NCBI GenBank assembly: GCA_963744405.1
Contig: CAVUTO010000001.1
Location: forward strand, 52,339 to 116,338
Direction: 5' to 3'
Source of the DNA: Vicinamibacterales bacterium
GTDB taxonomy: Bacteria; Acidobacteriota; Vicinamibacteria; Vicinamibacterales; JAMQPK01
DNA length: 64,000 bases
Part shown: one piece after another, positions 57,247 to 64,000 of the stretch
Layout of the letters: every line of letters starts with the position of its first letter
Numbering within the stretch: the first letter of the stretch is position 1
Position numbers and translations under genes: made by a program
The notes under the pieces: model-generated
Database searches by the model: none
Told to the model about the DNA's origin: nothing
The model's input: only the letters and a program-made list of their open reading frames with translations

Positions 57247-58144
57247 TGCTCTCTCGTCACGGTACGGGCGTCCTTGTCGAACCGGACACCGAGGAGACGC
57301 GGATGCCGCAGCTTCCCGTGCACGGTCCACTCGATGAACGCCACCTGCACGACAATTTCCGGCCGTACCCAATGGGCGCGAAGCTTCGGCAGCCCCTTCG
57401 CCTTCGTAAACGGCGACGCCGGCAGCTCGATCGCGTCGAGCCGGCGCCGCAGGTCGAGCAGCAGCTTCGTGTCGAAGCCCGTCCCAATTTTGCCGGCAAA
57501 AACGAAATCGCCAGCGGCCTCGCCGAAGCCTTGCGAAGGCGGACTCTCGTAATAGCCCACAAGAAGCGCGCCAAGACCGACGCGTGTGCCCTGCGGATCG
57601 GTGAAGCCTCCCACAACCAGCTCCTGCGACGCCTCGCACTTCATCTTGAGCCAGTGCTTCGAACGGCGATGCTCGGTACGGCGAGCCGCGCCGTTTCGCG
57701 ATCACGCCCTCCCAACCCTCTCGTCGAGCGCGCTCCCACGGGTTCTTGTCGTCCAGCAGCTCGACTCGGCGCATCGGCGCAGTCGAACGGCAGGTCCTGC
57801 AGTAGCGCGCGGCGGTCTTCGAGCGGCAGCGACGTCACGTCCCTGCCATTCAGCCAGAGGATGTCGAAGACGTGATACTCGCTATGGCCGTCCCAGGCCA
57901 CCTCGCCGTCGAGGATTACTTCGTCTACGGGCAATTCGGCGACCGATGCAGCAATCGAAGACAGATGCTGCGGCAGCCGATTGCGCGAGAACAGCTCGAC
58001 GTCTTTGCCGCGTTTGTACGCGAGCAGACGGATGCCGTCGAACTTTCGCTCGAACAACCAGTCCTGGTTCTCGCCGAAGCGCTCTTGCGTCAGCGTAGCG
58101 GCCATCGGCTCGAGCCACTCGGGCATTTTCGCGGCGGCGGTCAT
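57243..58144 (-). CDS. ATP-dependent DNA ligase (LigD ligase-domain type), two frameshifts as assembled
   Basis: ATG 58144 gives MTAAAKMPEWLEPMAATL...WLFERKFDGIRLL (the KxDG adenylation motif). The frame changes near 57775 (…DLPFD then RRVELLDDKNPWERARREGWEGVIAKRRGSPYE). It changes again near 57665 (then HWLKMKCEASQELVVGGFTDPQG…FIEWTVHGKLRHPRLLGVR). Confidence 0.85.
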
Positions 58145-58249
58145 AACTCAATGTTACAGATCAGCGACACGGCTGCGCGACAAACGACCTGTCCACATCC
58201 TACCCATTTGGGTCGTGTGCACGGATTCGCATCCTGCAATCATTGCTGC

Positions 58250-59137
58250 ATGCTTACTGAGTTCTCCAATCAGCTCGCCGACATCGTCGACGGTGCGGCG
58301 CCCGCAGTCGTCCAGGTTATCGGCCATGGGCGTCGCACGAGCGGTCTTGTCTTTAACAACGACACCGTGGTGACCATGCTCGGCAGCATCGGCCGCGAAA
58401 ACGGACTGCAGGTGCGCCGCGCGGATGGCCACACCATCGATGCCGACCTTCTCGGATGGGATCCCGCGACCGGTCTGGCCGCGCTCACTGCACGCGGCCT
58501 GGATCTGGCACCTATCGCTCTGTCAGATGATCCTGTTCGAGTCGGACACATTGGAATTGCGCTCGGACGATCCCTGAGCAATGCGATTACCATGAGTGCG
58601 GGCGTCATTGCGATCATCGGCGGACCGCTGCAGACCGGCCCTCGACGCGCAATCGATCAGATATTCCGCACGACCGCGCCGATGCACGGCGGGTTCGCTG
58701 GCGGCGCGTTCGTCGACACGAGAGGCCGATTGATCGGCGTGGTAACCGCGCGACTCATTCGAGACCTCGGCGTCATCATTCCCGCGACGATTGCCTGGAA
58801 AGCGGCCGCGCACATCGTCGAGCACGGGCAGACCAAACGTGGCTACCTCGGCATCGCCGGGCAGGCGGCGAGACTGCCGGAACATCAACGAGGAGCGGGA
58901 GGCCGCGACCGCGGTATGCTGACCCTGGCGGTAACAGCGGGCGGCCCTGCAGCGAGTGCGGGCGTGCTGGTCGGCGATGTGCTGCTGAGCCTCGATGGAG
59001 CGCCTGTCGAATCGCCCGAAGATCTGCTGGAGCTGCTCATGAGTCTGGGTGCCGGCCGTACGGCTCGACTGCAATTATTGCGTGGTGGCGTGCCGACAGA
59101 GTTGAGCGTTCTCGTCGGCGAGCGCCCGGCGTCGTGA
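58250..59137 (+). CDS. HtrA-like trypsin-fold plus PDZ protein that appears to lack the catalytic triad
   Basis: The start is ATG 58250: MLTEFSNQLADIVDGAAPAVVQV... At the positions where HtrA proteins carry TNxHV, D(L/I)A(V/L)L and GNSGGPL, this ORF has VVTMLGSI, TGLAALT and HGGFAGGAF (by-eye placement). The C-terminal PDZ-like region reads GYLGIAGQ...GVLVGDVLLSLDGAPVESPEDL. Confidence 0.7.
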   Translation: MLTEFSNQLADIVDGAAPAVVQVIGHGRRTSGLVFNNDTVVTMLGSIGRENGLQVRRADGHTIDADLLGWDPATGLAALTARGLDLAPIALSDDPVRVGHIGIALGRSLSNAITMSAGVIAIIGGPLQTGPRRAIDQIFRTTAPMHGGFAGGAFVDTRGRLIGVVTARLIRDLGVIIPATIAWKAAAHIVEHGQTKRGYLGIAGQAARLPEHQRGAGGRDRGMLTLAVTAGGPAASAGVLVGDVLLSLDGAPVESPEDLLELLMSLGAGRTARLQLLRGGVPTELSVLVGERPAS

Positions 59138-59138
59138 C

Positions 59139-59528
59139 GTGCGCGTCCTCCTTGTCGGGAAGCTGCGCGAACGCGCGACGCTCGGTCCCGAGCTCGAGGA
59201 AGCAGGCATCGAGATCGCCGGGGAGTTCGACACGCTGGCACAAGCCCAGGTAGCGACGATTACGGCCGATGCGATTCTGTTGACCGGCCGCGCCGGCGAC
59301 TCCCCCACGCAGGACGAAGAATGGATCGCGCAGCCGCTGACGCCTCGTGAGCTCGAGGTGCTGCAACTGCTCTCGGACGGCTTGTCCAATAAATCAGTCG
59401 CCGAACGCCTCGGCATCAGCGATCAGACCGTCAAGTTTCACGTCGCTTCCATCTCGTCAAAACTCGGCGCCTCGAACCGCACCGACGCCGTTCGCCTGGG
59501 CCTGCGGCGGGGACTGATCAATCTGTAA
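59139..59528 (+). CDS. LuxR/GerE-family HTH protein with a short degenerate receiver-like N-terminus
   Basis: GTG 59139 lies 1 nt after the upstream stop. The C-terminal region LTPRELEVLQLLSDGLSNKSVAERLGISDQTVKFHVASISSKLGASNRTDAV is a GerE HTH. The N-terminal 60 aa (MRVLLVGKL...) lacks the acidic DD pocket. Confidence 0.75.
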   Translation: MRVLLVGKLRERATLGPELEEAGIEIAGEFDTLAQAQVATITADAILLTGRAGDSPTQDEEWIAQPLTPRELEVLQLLSDGLSNKSVAERLGISDQTVKFHVASISSKLGASNRTDAVRLGLRRGLINL

Positions 59529-59551
59529 GCACCGCCTGTTAGAGTAGACCG

Positions 59552-60922
59552 ATGCAGGACGGCGCGGAGCGCGAGATTCTAACGGTCGCCGGCCGCGACA
59601 TCGCGATTTCAAACCCAGGCAAGGTGCTGTTTCCTCAGACGGGCTACACGAAGCTCGACCTCGCTCGCTACTATCTCGCCGTGTCGGACGGCGCATTGCG
59701 TGCGGCCGGCGGAAGGCCAAATGTGCTCGTGCGGTATCCGGACGGTATCGACGGCGAGTTCTTCTTCCAGAAGCGCGCGCCGAAGTCGCGCCCGGAGTGG
59801 ATCGAAGCCGTCACGCTGCGCTTTCCGTCGGGCCGAACGGCAGAGGAGATCGTTCCGCGAGATACCGCGGCGCTCGTCTGGATGGCAAACCTTGCGTGCC
59901 TCGAGCTTCATCCGCATCCGGTGCGCGCGGAGGATCTCGACCATCCCGATGAGCTGCGCGTCGACCTCGATCCCGTGCGCGGCGTGCCGTTTGCGGACGT
60001 CCGCAAGGTCGCGCAGGTGCTGCGCGGAACGCTCGAGGACTTCGAGCTCATCGGATGGCCGAAGACATCGGGCTCTCGCGGCATTCATGTCAACGTGCGC
60101 ATCGAACGAAAGTGGACCTTCGATCAGGTACGACGCGCGGCGCTGGCCCTCGCGCGCGAGGTCGAGCGGCGGGCGCCGGAGTTAGCAACGAGCAAATGGT
60201 GGAAAGAAGAACGGCACGGCGTGTTTCTCGACTACAACCAGAACGCAAAAGATCGCACCGTGGCTGCGGCGTATTCGGTGCGTCCCACGCCTGATGCGCG
60301 CGTATCGGCGCCGTTGACCTGGGACGAGAGCGAACTGGCGGAGCCGGGCGATTTTACGCTCGCGTCCATGCCTTCGCGCTACGCGCGCGTCGGTGACGTC
60401 CACGCCGCGATCGATCGGCATCCGTGTTCGCTCGATCGGCTGCTCGAGCTCTCGGCAGAACAGGAACGCGAGGGTTTGGGTGACGCCCCGTGGCCGCCGC
60501 ATTATCGAAAACAGGCCGATGAGCCCACGCGCGTTCAGCCATCGCGGCGTCGCGCCTCGCCCGAACCGCAGAAGGCACGTGGTGGGTCACGACAACCGAG
60601 CCGGCCACTCGTGGAGATTGCGCGCGCACAGCGGAAAGCCGACGCGCTCGCCGGTCTGGAGCGATGGCGGGCACGCCACCCAGAGGCTGCCACGCATCTG
60701 CACGCGTCCGATGTGCTGGTCGACGCCATGCGTGGACGTTTTCGCACATGGACGCGCATCCGCGTGAATCTCGAGCACGTGCCCGAAGACATGCGCCCAC
60801 CTCAAGAGGCGCTTGATCCGGACGACGGCCCAAAGGGGTGGGGACCGTCAGACGGCTCAGCAGGTGTTACCGGGCGCCGCGCGCAGCGCCGAACACCTTC
60901 GCGAGCTCGTAAGGAGTCGTAA
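59552..60922 (+). CDS. LigD-family primase-polymerase with a ~150-aa C-terminal extension (Prim-PolC-like)
   Basis: 456-aa ORF reading ISNPGKVLFPQTGYTKLDLARYYLAVSDGAL...VRYPDGI...ELRVDLDP...PKTSGSRGIHVNVRI...VFLDYNQNAKDRTVAAAYSVRP. The extension includes LERWRARHPEAATHL...RTWTRIRVNLEHVPE. Its 3' end overlaps the convergent ligase gene by 56 nt. Confidence 0.85.
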   Translation: MQDGAEREILTVAGRDIAISNPGKVLFPQTGYTKLDLARYYLAVSDGALRAAGGRPNVLVRYPDGIDGEFFFQKRAPKSRPEWIEAVTLRFPSGRTAEEIVPRDTAALVWMANLACLELHPHPVRAEDLDHPDELRVDLDPVRGVPFADVRKVAQVLRGTLEDFELIGWPKTSGSRGIHVNVRIERKWTFDQVRRAALALAREVERRAPELATSKWWKEERHGVFLDYNQNAKDRTVAAAYSVRPTPDARVSAPLTWDESELAEPGDFTLASMPSRYARVGDVHAAIDRHPCSLDRLLELSAEQEREGLGDAPWPPHYRKQADEPTRVQPSRRRASPEPQKARGGSRQPSRPLVEIARAQRKADALAGLERWRARHPEAATHLHASDVLVDAMRGRFRTWTRIRVNLEHVPEDMRPPQEALDPDDGPKGWGPSDGSAGVTGRRAQRRTPSRARKES

Positions 60923-62006
60923 CCTCCAGCTGATCGTAGGTGCAGTCGGCCGGGCGTTTATCCGGACGCCATCGCTGAAACACCGCCGCGTGACGAAAAC
61001 GATCACCCTGCATGTGGTCGTATTTCACCTCGCACACCCGCTCGATGCGAAGAGGTTCCCACGACAGATCCTTGCCGGCGCTCCAGCGGCTCTGCCCTCC
61101 CGGCATGCGATTGAGCTCGCCCGCCTTCGCAGCCGTTTTCGCGGCCTGCTTCGGCGCGGCAGGCTCGGCCTTTGCCCATTCACGCCATGGATGGTCGTCG
61201 AGCGCCCCCTTCCGTAACGGCGCCAGCTCGCGCACGAGCGCTTCGCGCACAGCCATCGTAAAAGACGAGGTGACGCCGACATGCTGCAGCATACCCTTCT
61301 TGTCGTAGAGACCGAGGAGCAGCGATCCGACGCGCGTGCCGGTTCCGTTCTTGTGCCAGCGAAATCCCGCGACGACGCAGTCGGCCGTGCGCGCGTGTTT
61401 CACTTTGATCATCGCGCGCTTGCCAGGCTCGTAGATGCCTTCGTCCGGTTTCGCGATGACGCCGTCCAGTCCTGCGCCTTCGAATCGCGCGAGCCAGTCG
61501 GTGGCCTCTCCCGGATCGCGCGTCATCGGCGTCAGATAGACAGGTGGTGTGACGTCCCTGAGGAGACGTTCGAGTGCGGCCCGCCGCTCGCGCAGGGGCG
61601 CCTGGCGAAGGTCGCGCCGACCTTCGGCGAGCAGATCGAACACGACGAACGACGCCGGCGTTTCAGCCGCGAGCTTCGCCACTCGCGATGCCGCCGGGTG
61701 GAGCCGCATCTGAAGCGCGTCGAAATCGAGACCATGCGGCGTGGCGATGACGATCTCGCCGTCAAAGACGCCTTCCGGCAGCTCGGCCAGCAACGCGGCG
61801 TGCAGCTCTGGAAAGTAGCGATCGAGCGGCCGCAAGTCGCGGCTCTGGATAAAGACGTCGGACGGTCCCCGAAACACGATGGCCCGAAACCCGTCCCACT
61901 TGGGCTCGTACAGGAGGCCATCGCCCGCCGGCAGCTGCTCGGCGAGTTTCGCGAGCATCGGCTCGATCGGTGGTTCAAGAGGGAAAGTCGCAGCCACGAG
62001 TGTCAC
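60867..62006 (-). CDS. ATP-dependent DNA ligase (LigC-like, about 380 aa)
   Basis: Intact 379-aa ORF with GTG start. The text reads PMLAKLAEQLPAGDGLLYEPKWDGFRAIVF (KxDG), GLDGVIAKP, MIKVKHARTADCVVAGF and KYDHMQGDRFRHAAVFQRWRPDKRP. Confidence 0.85.
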   Translation of the reverse strand: MTLVAATFPLEPPIEPMLAKLAEQLPAGDGLLYEPKWDGFRAIVFRGPSDVFIQSRDLRPLDRYFPELHAALLAELPEGVFDGEIVIATPHGLDFDALQMRLHPAASRVAKLAAETPASFVVFDLLAEGRRDLRQAPLRERRAALERLLRDVTPPVYLTPMTRDPGEATDWLARFEGAGLDGVIAKPDEGIYEPGKRAMIKVKHARTADCVVAGFRWHKNGTGTRVGSLLLGLYDKKGMLQHVGVTSSFTMAVREALVRELAPLRKGALDDHPWREWAKAEPAAPKQAAKTAAKAGELNRMPGGQSRWSAGKDLSWEPLRIERVCEVKYDHMQGDRFRHAAVFQRWRPDKRPADCTYDQLEVTTPYELAKVFGAARGAR

Positions 62007-62080
62007 TGTAGCGTAACGCCGGTCATTTTTTTCCTGGAACCTCCGCCACCAAAAGCGCGTCCAAGAGTTTTATCAGGCCC

Positions 62081-64000
62081 ATGCTGCCGTCCACTCTCTC
62101 GGAACTGGAATTGCAAGCCGGCCCTGCACTCGATGGCCGCGGCGAACGCGACCGCTTGCGGCTGCTGAGTGAAGTATCGGAATCGATTGCGTCACATCGT
62201 GACCTGAACGAACTCTTTCGCGATCTCGCCCATCGCCTCCCGCGCATCGTCCCGTTCGACTACATCAACCTCGTGCTTCACGATGCCGCCCGAAACGTGA
62301 TGCGGCTGCAGTTGCTCGTCGCGCCGGTGGACACGACCTTCAAACCCGGCGCGGAGTTCCCGGTCGATGACTCCCCCGGCGGCTTCGTATGGAAGACGCA
62401 GTTGCCGCTCGTCGTCAATGACATCGCGCTCGAGCATCGGTTCTCGGCGGTCATCCCGCGATTGCGGGACAACGGCGTGCAGTCGTTTTGCACCGTCCCT
62501 CTGACGACGGCCCTCGGGCGGCTGGGCGCGATGGGATTTGGCAGCCTGCAGAAACACGAATATCGGGACAGCGATCTGGCCCTCATGCAGGAGGTGGCGA
62601 AGCAGGTCGCCGTCGCCGTGGACAACGTCCTGCACGACGAGCGTGTGCAGTCGACGCAGCTCGAGCTCGCGCGCGAGCGCGATCGGTTCCGGCTGCTTCT
62701 CGAGGTGAACAACGCGGTCGTCTCGCACCTCAACATGGACGACGTCTTCGCCTCGGTCAGCGGATCGCTGCAAAAGGTGATTCAGCACGACGGCTGCAGC
62801 CTGATGTTGTACGAGCCCGAAACAGGTCAGTACCGCTGCCACGTCCTGAAAGTGTCGAAGAACGAGAGCTTCGTGGAAGAGGGCCGGGCCGACCCGAACG
62901 TGAAGTCTCCGGGCTGTATCGCGTTTTCGACGCGAGCGCCGGCAGTGTTCGCCGAGCGGGATCTCGTCGCGCTGGCGTCCGAGTCGAAGATCGCGCAGCA
63001 CCTCCTGGCAGAGGGAGTGAAGTCGTTCTGTAGCATTCCGCTCCATTCTCACGATCGCATTCTTGGCACGCTCAACATCGGCCGCCTGCGCGAAGACGCG
63101 TTTACAGGTGCCGATGTCGAGCTGCTGACACAGGTGGCGCAGCAAATCGCCATCGCGGTCGAGAACGGGCTGGCGTATCGGGAGATCGCCGAGCTCAAGG
63201 AAAAGCTGAACGAGGAAAAGCTGTATCTCGAGCGCGAAATTCGCAGCGAGCACAATTTCGAGGAAATCGTCGGCGACAGCAGGCCGCTGAAAGCACGTTC
63301 TCTCGCAGGTAGAGATCGTTTCTCCCACCGACTCGACCGTGCTCATCCACGGAGAGACGGGCACAGGCAAGGAGCTCATTGCACGGGCCATCCACAATCT
63401 GAGCGGCCGCCGCTCGCGGACGTTCGTGAAGCTGAACTGCGCCGCCATTCCGACGGGACTGCTCGAGAGCGAGCTTTTCGGCCACGAGAAAGGCGCGTTC
63501 ACGGGCGCCATCGCCCAGAAGATCGGGCGTTTCGAGCTCGCGAACGGCGGAACGCTGTTTCTCGACGAAGTCGGCGACATTCCTCTCGAGCTGCAATCGA
63601 AGTTCCTGCGGGTGCTGCAGGAGCAGGAATTCGAGCGGCTGGGCAGCAACCGGACCATCCGCGTCGACATCAGGATGGTGGCGGCAACCAATCGCGATCT
63701 CGCACAGATGGTGACCGACAAGCAATTTCGAAGCGACCTCTACTATCGCCTCAACGTGTTCCCCATCCTCAACCCGCCGCTGCGCGAGCGGTCCAGCGAT
63801 ATTCCTGCGCTCGTGCAGTACTTCACGCAGAAGTTCGCAGCGCGGATGAAGAAGCGCATCACGACGATTCCTGCAGAGACGATGACGGCGCTTTCACGCT
63901 ACCACTGGCCTGGCAACATCCGCGAGCTCGAGAACTTCATCGAGCGCGCCGTTATCCTGACGCGCGGCTCGAGCCTTGTCGTGCCGGTAGCAGAACTGAA
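62081..64000 (+). CDS. Sigma54-dependent transcriptional activator with two N-terminal GAF domains (FhlA-like); one frameshift; 3' end beyond the window
   Basis: Hand translation from ATG 62081 gives [14 protein letters not shown]...[26 protein letters not shown]... (GAF1) and ...[19 protein letters not shown]... (GAF2), up to [14 protein letters not shown]. One extra base near 63295 shifts the frame. The text then reads [33 protein letters not shown]...[15 protein letters not shown]...[22 protein letters not shown]...[17 protein letters not shown], open to 64000. It is absent from the ORF track because both frames are open at the edge. Confidence 0.9.
   Translation, partial: MLPSTLSELELQAGPALDGRGERDRLRLLSEVSESIASHRDLNELFRDLAHRLPRIVPFDYINLVLHDAARNVMRLQLLVAPVDTTFKPGAEFPVDDSPGGFVWKTQLPLVVNDIALEHRFSAVIPRLRDNGVQSFCTVPLTTALGRLGAMGFGSLQKHEYRDSDLALMQEVAKQVAVAVDNVLHDERVQSTQLELARERDRFRLLLEVNNAVVSHLNMDDVFASVSGSLQKVIQHDGCSLMLYEPETGQYRCHVLKVSKNESFVEEGRADPNVKSPGCIAFSTRAPAVFAERDLVALASESKIAQHLLAEGVKSFCSIPLHSHDRILGTLNIGRLREDAFTGADVELLTQVAQQIAIAVENGLAYREIAELKEKLNEEKLYLEREIRSEHNFEEIVGDSRPLKARSLAGRDRFSHRLDRAHPRRDGHRQGAHCTGHPQSERPPLADVREAELRRHSDGTARERAFRPRERRVHGRHRPEDRAFRARERRNAVSRRSRRHSSRAAIEVPAGAAGAGIRAAGQQPDHPRRHQDGGGNQSRSRTDGDRQAISKRPLLSPQRVPHPQPAAARAVQRYSCARAVLHAEVRSADEEAHHDDSCRDDDGAFTLPLAWQHPRARELHRARRYPDARLEPCRAGSRTE

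Overview
64-kb GC-rich bacterial chromosomal window (about mid-60s percent GC by eye). The gene content looks like a soil Acidobacteriota genome: three CarboxypepD_reg-type TonB-dependent receptors, NHL beta-propellers, DUF1080 proteins, many Sec/Tat-exported hydrolases, and an ECF sigma/anti-sigma pair with HEAT-repeat partners. This is inference only; no search was run. Blocks: (1) 0-17 kb: exported hydrolases, two TonB receptors and an IorAB-type molybdo-oxidoreductase. (2) 18.1-23.7 kb: an RND efflux operon (MFP-RND-OMF). (3) 26.2-36.8 kb: an eight-gene Wsp-like chemosensory operon. It runs porin, small PBP-like protein, Cache MCP, CheW, CheA-REC, CheB, CheR-TPR, and ends in an Hpt-REC-HD-GYP protein. 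(4) 39.2-40.3 kb: a 1.1-kb gene-free composite repeat array. (5) 41-51 kb: heavily frameshifted genes (TPR lipoprotein, mgtE, ppk1, PI-PLC/GDPD-like, TonB receptor). (6) 52.5-56.2 kb: an ECF sigma operon with a heptanucleotide repeat inside the anti-sigma gene. (7) 56.4-62.0 kb: two separate ATP-dependent DNA ligase plus primase-polymerase pairs, flanking an inactive-looking HtrA-like/PDZ gene and a LuxR-type gene. (8) A partial GAF-GAF sigma54 activator at the right edge. Roughly 50 apparent single-base frameshifts (by-eye count) are spread very unevenly and are most simply read as consensus indel errors. A family of about 75-80-bp palindromic REP-like elements sits at convergent gene ends, and many unrelated 6-7-nt short-period tracts mark gene boundaries. 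The ORF track omits ORFs that are open at a window edge, so both edge genes were found by hand translation. No rRNA, tRNA, CRISPR, transposase or phage genes were recognised.
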